A stretch of 64,000 nucleotides of DNA. It comes from Komarekiella atlantica HA4396-MV6. Its GTDB lineage: Bacteria; Cyanobacteriota; Cyanobacteriia; Cyanobacteriales; Nostocaceae. Location of the stretch: NCBI GenBank assembly GCA_019359395.1, contig JAHHHK010000010.1:111894-175893 (forward strand), written 5' to 3'. Below are positions 1 through 8,803 of this stretch, one piece after another. Below the pieces are notes generated by a model that was given only the letters and a program-made list of their open reading frames with translations, was not told the origin of the DNA and searched no databases. The position numbers and the translations under genes are program-made. Position 1 is the stretch's first letter. Every line of letters starts with the position of its first letter.

Positions 1-767
1 ACTTCTGTTTCACCAGATGTAATTAACTTACCTTTTGCCAAATAAATAGCAGAATCACATACATTTAATATAGAATGAGGATTATGAGAAACTAAAACAA
101 AAGCTGTGCCATTTTCCCGAAGTTTAGCTAGCCTTTTGTAGCATTTCATTCTAAATTTTATGTCGCCGACAGCCAGTACTTCATCAATGAGCAAAATATC
201 TGGTTCTATGTGAACTGCACAAGCAAATCCTAGCCGAGCTGCCATCCCAGAACTGTAAGTTTGCACAGGGGAATCAATGGCATCCGAAATTTCGGCGAAA
301 TCTATTACATCCTCAAATCTCTTTTTAATTTCTTTTGTGGGTAGTCCTAAAATGGACATATTTGCATAGATGTTTTCTCGTCCTGTCAAGATGGGATTAA
401 ATCCTGCTCCTAATGCAATTAATGGAGCCACTCTCCCGTTAACTTTCACAGAGCCAGTATCAGGTTTAATCAAACCACTAATGATCCGTAAAAGCGTACT
501 TTTTCCGGCTCCATTTGAACCTACTAGACCTATCGCTTCTCCTCGCCGTATTTGAAAACTAATATCTTTGAGTGCCCAAAACTCTTTAGGTCGCAGAGTA
601 TCGCTCTTTCTAATTCCTCCTGTTAACTCTGTGGCAATATCTTGGACACCGTAGAATAAAGACCGTTTTAAGTCTCTACAAAACTTCTTAGAAACATTAT
701 CAACTGCAATAACTATTTCAGTATTTTTGGATGGAACGGTAATCTCTCTATCTACTAAATTAGTCAT
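1..767 (-). CDS. wzt: Polysaccharide ABC transporter ATP-binding subunit (Wzt/RfbB-like), runs off the left edge
   Basis: Not in the ORF track; translated by hand from ATG at 767: MTNLVDREITVPSK...EFWALKDISFQIRRGEAIGLVGSNGAGKSTLL (Walker A)...YSSGMAARLGF (signature)...ILLIDEVLAVGD (Walker B). Starts 2 nt after the wzm stop. Confidence 0.93.
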   Translation of the reverse strand, partial: MTNLVDREITVPSKNTEIVIAVDNVSKKFCRDLKRSLFYGVQDIATELTGGIRKSDTLRPKEFWALKDISFQIRRGEAIGLVGSNGAGKSTLLRIISGLIKPDTGSVKVNGRVAPLIALGAGFNPILTGRENIYANMSILGLPTKEIKKRFEDVIDFAEISDAIDSPVQTYSSGMAARLGFACAVHIEPDILLIDEVLAVGDIKFRMKCYKRLAKLRENGTAFVLVSHNPHSILNVCDSAIYLAKGKLITSGETE

Positions 768-769
768 TA

Positions 770-1615
770 TTAAGAACTCACTCTCTCAACCACGAAAGGC
801 ATAGCAAGACGAAATCCAATCCAAGTAAATACTAAGCCAACTAGGGTAATTACACTTACCACCCAAAACCTATAAGGGTCTGAGACAACTCCTGTTGTTG
901 CTAACTCTCTAGCTGTTACCAGTAAAGGAGTAACAGGATTTAGTTTTACCAAAAAGCCAAAGGTTCCGCTACTAGGAACTGGATAAACTACTGGAGTCAC
1001 GAAAAGCCAAAATCCTGTAATCATTGTGAGTCCTTTGGAAATATCTTGATATAACACACCCAAAGGAGCTAATAAAACACCGATAAATGTCCCTAACAAT
1101 ACTAAATGAATTAATGCCACGATCGCTAAAATCGCCGTCCAACTCACAGACACGCCAAACCAGATAAACAAGGCAACAATCAGAATCAGCTTGATGGCAA
1201 AGTTGAAAAATACTTCCCCTAACTTTGCCAAAATCAGTGCTTCTCGCGGAAAATTAACTCTGGCTAACATGGGTTTTGCGGCTGTGACTGCTTGTACGGG
1301 GCCATTTAGAGCTTCGACAAATGTCTGCCACAAAGCGGTGCTGAACATGACATAAGCTGGATAAGGTAAATCTGTTGCTCCAACACTAATGACATTGGCA
1401 TCTTTAGCAAGGGTGAACCCAGTTGCCATGACAATTGGGGGTAAAAAAGCCCAGGCTACTCCTAAAAATGATTGACGGTATTGGGCGCTGATATCCCGTA
1501 CCATCAGTCGCCAAGTGAGTTCACGGGCAGCTAGCAAGTCTCGCCACATTTGTTGAAACAATCGCTTAGGATGCCTAAGTAGACTTTCAGGCGTGTAAAC
1601 TACCTTGGGCGACAT
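770..1615 (-). CDS. wzm: Polysaccharide ABC transporter permease (Wzm/RfbA-like)
   Basis: RDISAQYRQSFLGVAWAFLPP, VNFPREAL, LNPVTPLL motifs; about 6 TM segments; immediately upstream of wzt. Confidence 0.92.
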   Translation of the reverse strand: MSPKVVYTPESLLRHPKRLFQQMWRDLLAARELTWRLMVRDISAQYRQSFLGVAWAFLPPIVMATGFTLAKDANVISVGATDLPYPAYVMFSTALWQTFVEALNGPVQAVTAAKPMLARVNFPREALILAKLGEVFFNFAIKLILIVALFIWFGVSVSWTAILAIVALIHLVLLGTFIGVLLAPLGVLYQDISKGLTMITGFWLFVTPVVYPVPSSGTFGFLVKLNPVTPLLVTARELATTGVVSDPYRFWVVSVITLVGLVFTWIGFRLAMPFVVERVSS

Positions 1616-1787
1616 CGTAAACCCTCATTCTGCTGCATAATTTTTATCCTTCTTAACTAGGCAATCATAATTTTCATCGCAGCTTATCTGCAACTTTCTT
1701 GTAAACATACAACGGGTTGCGAGATAATTTAGTTGCGATCGCCTTGAAAATACCAAAATTAGGATTCTTGACAGTCCAAAACCACCA

Positions 1788-2876
1788 TCAACTATGCGAT
1801 GACGCTGTAGCAGATTTCTCTAAATTTGTTGGGGCTTGGTTTTGCACAGACAAAGTTTGAGTGTAGCGGGTAGTGATATAACGGTTGAGCGCCTTGTCCA
1901 TAAAAGTCAGAATTTTCCCAGCCGCCCGCGAACCGAATTTACCGACGGGCAATTTACTAGCAAAGGGATTGATGATTGCCATATTTCGCCGCCACCCCAA
2001 CCGTTTGTACTTATTTTTGAAGTATTCATCTTCGGTGAGGTTCCACTTGTCGCGCAGGCGTTTGAGACTTGCTAGTTCCCAGGCATCGCTCCAACGTAGC
2101 ATGTAGTAATTTAGGTCTGTCAGCTCTAATGGTTGTCCTGTCATGTAAGTCATCAGAGATTCGGGTTCCAGGTAGACTGTACCACCTGCTTCAGTTACTA
2201 GGATGCACAAATCAACGTGTTCTTTGGTATTTAGCAGTGCTTCATCTAGCAGACCAATTTGCTGAAATATCTCTGTGCGTACCATCATGCAGTGGAACTC
2301 TGCAAGCCCGGTTTTTTGCCGTTGCAGCTGGGGACGGACATCTGCTACCCGCCGACCTTGCTTATAAATCTTTTCAATTATTCGTCGTCTTGTTGTTTCG
2401 CCTTTAGTTTCCACCTTGACCCCAGATTCTCCACCTGCACAATGCACTTCTTCGTGTAGAGTTTTACCCTGGCAGATGAGGGGGCTAACGATGGTCGCGC
2501 CTGTTTCTTCTGCACACTGCACTAAGGACTTGAGCCAACCAGGAGTAACTACTACATCATTATCAATGAAAACAACATACTTGCTCGTAACTTGGCACAG
2601 ACCCATGTTTCTGGCACGGTTTGGCGAGAGATAATAATCAGTGCGAATCAACTGAAATTGTTTTTGCTTTGCTTGCTCTGCCAAGTAATCTTTGATGTGA
2701 CGAGGAGAGCCGCCATCTACGTAAATTAACTGAAAGGGATATTCAGTGTGCTCGTAGATGCTTTCTAAGGATTCACGGGTGTGGCTGAAACGCTCGCGTG
2801 GAGAGACAATAATTGTAACTTCTGGGGCTGCGGCTGACGAGTTCATATCTAAATCAATATCCTTGGGTAATTTCAA
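1788..2876 (-). CDS. Glycosyltransferase family 2
   Basis: VTIIVSPRE, IYVDGGS, ARNMG, VVFIDNDV (DxD), EHVDLC. The start may be the ATG at 2846. Confidence 0.85.
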   Translation of the reverse strand: MKLPKDIDLDMNSSAAAPEVTIIVSPRERFSHTRESLESIYEHTEYPFQLIYVDGGSPRHIKDYLAEQAKQKQFQLIRTDYYLSPNRARNMGLCQVTSKYVVFIDNDVVVTPGWLKSLVQCAEETGATIVSPLICQGKTLHEEVHCAGGESGVKVETKGETTRRRIIEKIYKQGRRVADVRPQLQRQKTGLAEFHCMMVRTEIFQQIGLLDEALLNTKEHVDLCILVTEAGGTVYLEPESLMTYMTGQPLELTDLNYYMLRWSDAWELASLKRLRDKWNLTEDEYFKNKYKRLGWRRNMAIINPFASKLPVGKFGSRAAGKILTFMDKALNRYITTRYTQTLSVQNQAPTNLEKSATASSHS

Positions 2877-3011
2877 TTGATGTAGTTGGGAAAGACTAAA
2901 AACAGAATGAAAGATGAAAATTTTAGCGTTCTACTTTTGCAATGAGGGTCTGTAGTTGGTATTGCATTGCTATTTCCATCTCTTGAGAAATGTATGGTTT
3001 AGTGCAAAACC

Positions 3012-4283
3012 TCATGTTGAAGCTACTAGCGCCAAATCTTGAGAATGTAAATCATTGAGCAATATTTGTCGATAAATTTGGACTAACTCATCGTTTAGCT
3101 TGTTCATGTCGTAGTTTGATTCTACATAAGTACGACCTGCTTGACCCATTTGTGACCAAATTTCTGGATGTTCTATGAGATAACTTAATTTGTCTGCGAT
3201 CGCATCAGCATCTCGTTCTGGAACTAAGAAACCAGAAATACCATCTTGCACAAGTTCCGGGATACCACCGTGGCGAGTAGCTATAACTGGCAAAGTCATC
3301 AGCATTGCTTCTTTTAAAGTATTGACGGGAGCATCTTGATCGCCATTTGTAGCTGTGACGCTGGGAGCCATGAATATATCGGAGTTGTCGAGAATCTCAA
3401 TAATTTCCGGCTGATTTTTCCAACCTAGAAGCTGGACTTTGTCTGCAATATTTAGTTCCTCAATTAACTGTTGCAAATTTTCTTTTAAATATCCATCACC
3501 AATGATATTGTACTGGATGTTTTGGTGCATTCTGGATACTTTAGCAACAGCACGAATGCTATATTCTATGCCTTTTTTTTCTATAAGACGACCAGTTGTC
3601 GTGATGCGAATCTTGCCATCAGGATGAGGATTTCTAAGTTTCAATGGAAATCGACTGCTATCTATCCCTGAACCATGCACGACAATTTTTTTCTCATCAC
3701 AACCTAGTTTGATAGCTCTTTTCTTGAAATACTCGCAATTCGCTAAGAAAAAATCTCCTTTAGCAAATAGTGAGTCATAAACATCTTCTCCACGCTGATG
3801 AACAACCTGGCTAATATCGTAACCTCGAAATGTAGTAATTAACTTTCCTTGAATGGCACCAATATCACGCAAAATCAGACCTTCTTGGGCGAATGTCCCA
3901 AATTGGCAATGTATGATATCATACGGCTGAGCTTTCAGTAGCCGGATAACTGAGTACAGTAAGCGCAAGCAAGTTGCTCGCCCACCATACTTGAAAAAGT
4001 TGAGCGATCGCAATAATACTAAAGGAGCTTTCGGAAAATTCGTAAGTACTAATTGCAGACCTTTGAGGAAGCGCAAAAAGTAATTTCTGGGTATTTCTGG
4101 TGGATAGTAGGTACGAGCTAATAGGTGATATTTTTCTACATCTGGATGAACTTTAAAAGTATCATCTGGTTGATAACCGTAAATGTCTACCTCATGTCCA
4201 CGAGAAATCAAACCTATAATTTGGTTCAGAACAAATGTCTCTGATAATACAGGAAACTTCCCGACTATAAAGGCGATTTTCAT
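3012..4283 (-). CDS. GT4 glycosyltransferase, WcaL-like
   Basis: KFPVLSETFVLNQI N-terminus; TTGRLIEKKGIEY; DGDQDAPVNTLKEAM; HGGIPELV. These are typical of the WcaL subfamily. Confidence 0.88.
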   Translation of the reverse strand: MKIAFIVGKFPVLSETFVLNQIIGLISRGHEVDIYGYQPDDTFKVHPDVEKYHLLARTYYPPEIPRNYFLRFLKGLQLVLTNFPKAPLVLLRSLNFFKYGGRATCLRLLYSVIRLLKAQPYDIIHCQFGTFAQEGLILRDIGAIQGKLITTFRGYDISQVVHQRGEDVYDSLFAKGDFFLANCEYFKKRAIKLGCDEKKIVVHGSGIDSSRFPLKLRNPHPDGKIRITTTGRLIEKKGIEYSIRAVAKVSRMHQNIQYNIIGDGYLKENLQQLIEELNIADKVQLLGWKNQPEIIEILDNSDIFMAPSVTATNGDQDAPVNTLKEAMLMTLPVIATRHGGIPELVQDGISGFLVPERDADAIADKLSYLIEHPEIWSQMGQAGRTYVESNYDMNKLNDELVQIYRQILLNDLHSQDLALVAST

Positions 4284-5140
4284 AGGGAAACACTTGAAAG
4301 CGTATTAACTTTTTACAGCCTGATGTGAAGTGAAGCCTACTTTTGCTCTAAATTTCTCTTTTGTTATAACAACATTTTTAAGTATATGTTTAGCCTTTAT
4401 TGAAAATAAATAAAACTTTCAATAAATCTTTTTAAATAACTAATTAAATAAGGTTATTTTCTCTGCTTTGGTATAATTTATACTTGACAAATGAGCAACA
4501 TATGTGTTCTAGTAGCAGCGCTGCTTTTGAAAATCTTAAGGAACACGCTTAATATCTCAAAAATTAGAATTGAATTTTTGCATTTAAGAAAAAGTTCTCC
4601 TATTCCGAAAAAGCCAACAGTAAGTGGTAAAAATCCTATGTATTTATCAAACCTTGGGCAAGCACTTTCAATACATCATAAACAACAGTATAGAGTCAAT
4701 TAAAAAACATTAACTCAGAGACATATTAGTAATCGCAATATTAGCAATATTCACCATAATACAAGGATAAAAAGCATTGATAATTATCGCAGACGCTCGT
4801 ACTAGTGCGGTTAAACTAGCTATATAAAAGTATTCCTTGCTACAGCTATTGCTATTAACTAACACCTTGCGTCTGGTGTTTGAGTGCATCGTCCCAGAAG
4901 CTTTAAATCGATGTTTTCTCTTATGGGTAAAACCCTCGTTCCAAATATGGGAGGAGAGATTTTCCCCATAGATAGTAAAAAACTAGGGGTTCTTACGACC
5001 GAAGTCAAAACAGATGAGCACTCTATGTAATTAGTGCTAGCGCTTGTAAATAACCTCAGTCAAGTTGTAAATGAAAAATCACGATATGAAATCTAGTAAA
5101 GATACGATCAGTAGTAGTAGTTCTGCTGAAATTAACTTTT

Positions 5141-6688
5141 ATGTCCTTAACTGAAGAGATTCTGTCCCAACTACCAGGCGATGTTTTAGGAGGATTGCGT
5201 CAAAGCGATCGCATTCTAACATCACTCAGAGAAAACACCGCACCATTACCAACATTAGTTAAAGAAAGTCAGCAACCTTTAGGTAATTTTGACTGGGATG
5301 TAATTATTTGCGGTGGCACATTAGGAATTTTAATTGGTTGCGCCTTAGCTGTGAAGGGGCTACGTGTGGCGTTAATGGAACGGGGTACTTTACATGGTCG
5401 GCAACAAGAATGGAATATCTCGCAAGATGAATTAAATGTATTTTTGAAATTAAACCTATTGACAGATGCGGAATTAGAGCAAGCGATCGCTACAAAATAT
5501 AACCCAGCACGAGTCAGCTTTCACGGTGGTACAGAAGTTTGGGTAGAGGATGTGCTGAATATTGGCGTAGATCCGGTTTATCTACTGGCTACCTTGAAAA
5601 CACGATTTCTGTCAGCTGGTGGAAAGTTGTTAGAAAATACACCTTTTACCGAGGCGGTAGTTTATCCAGATGGGGTGCTGGTAAATAACCAATTCAAAGC
5701 TAGGTTGTTAATCGATGCAATGGGGCATCTTTCTCCTATTACTCAGCAAGCACGCCAAGGAAAAAAACCAGATGCCCTTTGCCTAGTGGTAGGAAGTTGT
5801 GCCCAAGGTTTTCCGGAAAATCACTCAGGCGACTTGTTATTATCATTTACATCCTTGCAGAATCAATGCCAGTATTTCTGGGAAGCCTTCCCAGCTAGAG
5901 ATGGTAGAACCACTTACTTATTCACTTACATGGATGCACATCCACAACGCTTAAGTTTAGAAGCTCTATTTGAAGAATATCTGCGTCTCCTACCAGAATA
6001 CCAAGGTGTGGAATTGAGCCAGTTGAAGTTTCAACGAGCGTTGTTTGGATTCTTTCCTACCTATCGCCAAAGTCCCCTCAAAACCCCTTGGAGCCGCATT
6101 GTGCCAGTGGGAGATAGCAGCGGTAGTCAATCACCCTTGAGTTTTGGTGGTTTTGGTGCGATGGTGCGTCACTTAAAGCGTTTAACATTTGGCATCTTGG
6201 AGGCACTACAAACCGAACAATTATCTGCTGAAGCGCTGGCACTACTACAACCTTATCAGCCCAGCCTGACTGTCACTTGGTTATTCCAAAGGGCGATGAG
6301 TGTCGGTGTGAATCATAAAGTTGCCCCAGAGCAAATTAACCAACTGCTCTCTGCTGTATTTCAAGAAATGCAACAGCTAGGTACGCCAGTGCTAAAACCA
6401 TTTTTACAAGATATAGTGCAGTTTTCGGCATTGACACAAACATTGTTAAAAACTGGTTTGGCACATCCAGGATTAGTTACCAAAATAATTCCGCAAGTAG
6501 GTTTGGGAAGTTTACTAGATTGGATGGTGCATTACGGAAATTTGGGTGTTTATACTGCCTTATTTTGGTTAAGCCCAATGTTAGAAACATGGCTTAAGAA
6601 TCAACCAAGCGAACAACAATATTATTGGCATCGATTGGTTGATGCATGGAAGTATGGTTCTGGCGCTGATTATTCGGATGGAACTTGA
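5141..6688 (+). CDS. cruP: FAD-dependent oxidoreductase, CruP-type lycopene-cyclase paralogue
   Basis: DVIICGGTLG FAD motif, QEWNISQDEL, YFWEAFPARDGRTTYLFTY, VGDSSGSQSPLSFGGFG. The 515-aa size fits CruP rather than the longer CruA. Confidence 0.65.
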   Translation: MSLTEEILSQLPGDVLGGLRQSDRILTSLRENTAPLPTLVKESQQPLGNFDWDVIICGGTLGILIGCALAVKGLRVALMERGTLHGRQQEWNISQDELNVFLKLNLLTDAELEQAIATKYNPARVSFHGGTEVWVEDVLNIGVDPVYLLATLKTRFLSAGGKLLENTPFTEAVVYPDGVLVNNQFKARLLIDAMGHLSPITQQARQGKKPDALCLVVGSCAQGFPENHSGDLLLSFTSLQNQCQYFWEAFPARDGRTTYLFTYMDAHPQRLSLEALFEEYLRLLPEYQGVELSQLKFQRALFGFFPTYRQSPLKTPWSRIVPVGDSSGSQSPLSFGGFGAMVRHLKRLTFGILEALQTEQLSAEALALLQPYQPSLTVTWLFQRAMSVGVNHKVAPEQINQLLSAVFQEMQQLGTPVLKPFLQDIVQFSALTQTLLKTGLAHPGLVTKIIPQVGLGSLLDWMVHYGNLGVYTALFWLSPMLETWLKNQPSEQQYYWHRLVDAWKYGSGADYSDGT

Positions 6689-6710
6689 ATAATATGTATG
6701 TGAGGATAAC

Positions 6711-7415
6711 ATGATTGAACGGAAATCATCAGGAATTAAATACTTTGCAGTCCTGATTGAATTATTGCGCGATCGCAATGGATTTTTAGAGGAAGTTCGC
6801 CAAGGTACAAGATTACCAAATAAAATCATTTCTCTGCTAGTTTGTAGTTCCATATTCCTTGCTATTTATGGCGGAATTATTGGTGCATACCATAGCTGGA
6901 TGCAAGCTTTATCTTCCGCCATTAAACTGCCAGCCCTCTATTTAATCACACTACTGATTTGTATACCGACTTTGTACTTTGCTAATATTATTTTTGGTTC
7001 AAAGCGAACTTTTGGTCAACATTTAGCATTAGTGCTGACTGCGGTTTCTGTTACTAGTGTGCTTTTATTTAGCTTTGCACCAATCACGCTATTTTTCTTG
7101 ATTACTACTAATAATTACCAGTTTTTAATTTTATTAAATGTATTTCTATTTGCAATAACTGGATTCATTGGGATTTCGTCTTTATATCACGCTACAAGTT
7201 TGGTTTTAGAACAAGAGAATGAAGGGAGCAATACGCGCCAAAAGATTCTGCAATTTTGGCTATTTCTTTATGCTTTTGTCGGTAGTCAACTAGGATGGAC
7301 TCTCAGACCATTTTTTGGTACACCTGATTCTGTCTTTCAACTGTTTAGAGAGCGAGAAGGTAATTTTTATCTAAGTGTAATTCAAGCTATTAGCTATCTC
7401 TTAGGATTTCGTTAA
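6711..7415 (+). CDS. Multi-pass membrane protein, Yip1-like (paralogue A)
   Basis: About 5 hydrophobic segments; KLPALYLITLLICIPTLY and YAFVGSQLGWTLRPFFG; clearly homologous to the next ORF. Confidence 0.75.
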   Translation: MIERKSSGIKYFAVLIELLRDRNGFLEEVRQGTRLPNKIISLLVCSSIFLAIYGGIIGAYHSWMQALSSAIKLPALYLITLLICIPTLYFANIIFGSKRTFGQHLALVLTAVSVTSVLLFSFAPITLFFLITTNNYQFLILLNVFLFAITGFIGISSLYHATSLVLEQENEGSNTRQKILQFWLFLYAFVGSQLGWTLRPFFGTPDSVFQLFREREGNFYLSVIQAISYLLGFR

Positions 7416-7451
7416 TTAGTTATTAAAGTAAATTTCAAATCTCAAAAGTTT

Positions 7452-8162
7452 ATGCTAGAAAAAAATAAATCTCGCGGAATTCAACAATTTGGTGTATTGG
7501 TTAATTTACTACGCGATCGCCAAGGATTCTTAGAAGAAATTCGTCAGGAAGTACGATTACAAAACAAAATAAGTTCTCTGTTCGTTTCTAGTTCTATTTT
7601 TTTTGCAATCTATGGTGCAATTATCGGCGCATCTCACAGTTGGGCACAGGCTGTATCTGGTGCGATAAAACTCCCTGCTTTCTATTTATTAACACTCATC
7701 ATTTGCTTTCCAACTTTATTCTTCTTTAATGTTTTGTTTGGTTCCCGGAGCAGTATTCAACAGCATTTCGTTGTGTTACTCACATCTGTATCAGTGATTA
7801 GTGTGCTTTTATTCAGTTTGGCACCTGTAACACTATTTTTCCTGATCACTACTCCCGACTCTTATCAATTTTTTAAACTGTTGAATGTATTAATTTTTGG
7901 CATCACTGGTATTTTTGGCGTTAGGTTCCTTTATGAGGGAATGCAGTTACTTTCCCAACAAGATGAAGTCGGCAAAAAAACCCGTACCACTATTTTAAGA
8001 TCCTGGTTATTGCTTTATGCCTTTGTTGGTGTACAGTTAGGATGGTTTCTCAGACCGTTTTTTGGTGCCCCTGACTCTAAGTTTGAGTTGTTTCGCGCAG
8101 TGAAAGGTAACTTTTATCTTGATATTGTAGCGGCAATTTCAGAAATTTTGGGTTTCCGTTAA
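7452..8162 (+). CDS. Multi-pass membrane protein, Yip1-like (paralogue B)
   Basis: Colinear homologue of 6711-7415 (KLPAFYLLTLIICFPTL, YAFVGVQLGWFLRPFFG, GNFYL...LGFR). Confidence 0.75.
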   Translation: MLEKNKSRGIQQFGVLVNLLRDRQGFLEEIRQEVRLQNKISSLFVSSSIFFAIYGAIIGASHSWAQAVSGAIKLPAFYLLTLIICFPTLFFFNVLFGSRSSIQQHFVVLLTSVSVISVLLFSLAPVTLFFLITTPDSYQFFKLLNVLIFGITGIFGVRFLYEGMQLLSQQDEVGKKTRTTILRSWLLLYAFVGVQLGWFLRPFFGAPDSKFELFRAVKGNFYLDIVAAISEILGFR

Positions 8163-8173
8163 TCTCAAATTTG

Positions 8174-8206
8174 AGATTCCCGACTTTTCTAAAAAGTTGG
8201 GAATCT
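8174..8206. terminator. Hairpin between convergent genes, probable bidirectional terminator / REP-like repeat
   Basis: AGATTCCCGACTTTT-CTA-AAAAGTTGGGAATCT, a 15-bp stem with one G.U pair. It overlaps an 18-nt perfect palindrome at 8161-8178. Confidence 0.65.
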
Positions 8207-8213
8207 TGCGTTA

Positions 8214-8759
8214 TCAAGCCAACAATTCATCGACTGCCACATTGAAACCTTTTAACACAGTTTCAGTGCTGACAACCTCACCAGAAATAAACACAAGTCG
8301 CTGATTTTGGGTAATCACAATAATCCAACGATTTTCTGGAAACACTAACCATACTTCCTCAGCTTGAGATTGCAAATATTCTTGAGATTTGGCAATAATC
8401 TCTTCAGCAATATCTGTAGGGGAAACAATCTCAGCAATTAGTGGGAAACTTTGGGGTAACGCAGCGGGTTCGCCAAACTGAGTAATTAATTCTGGTGTGA
8501 GATAAGCAACATCAGGAACACGTCCTTGTTTGTTAGTGCGACAAGGTACTTCTGTATAAACTTGTCCCCCTTGTCCGCTAGATTCTTTGTAATTTCTCCA
8601 GTAATAAGCTACATTGGCTTGAATTCGACTATGCTTGAGCGTCACTCCATTTTTCTCCACTAATTCCCCATTCACCCATTCTGTATGCTCAGGAGGATTT
8701 TGCATCCAGTCTTCTAAAGAAAATGATGACACATTTGCAAGAACTGTAGCAGTTACCAT
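8214..8759 (-). CDS. Uma2 family (DUF820) putative endonuclease
   Basis: EWVNGELVE, KHSRIQ, RVPDVAY, LIAEIVSP, YLQSQAEEVWLV motifs. Confidence 0.9.
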   Translation of the reverse strand: MVTATVLANVSSFSLEDWMQNPPEHTEWVNGELVEKNGVTLKHSRIQANVAYYWRNYKESSGQGGQVYTEVPCRTNKQGRVPDVAYLTPELITQFGEPAALPQSFPLIAEIVSPTDIAEEIIAKSQEYLQSQAEEVWLVFPENRWIIVITQNQRLVFISGEVVSTETVLKGFNVAVDELLA

Positions 8760-8803
8760 AACTATCTATTCTCCTGGACAGTACATACTAATATTATTAC
8801 TAC

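Noticed and set aside
4491-4703. 70-aa ORF in the wcaL/cruP divergent spacer
   Set aside because: AT-rich, no SD and no recognisable motif; most likely promoter DNA.
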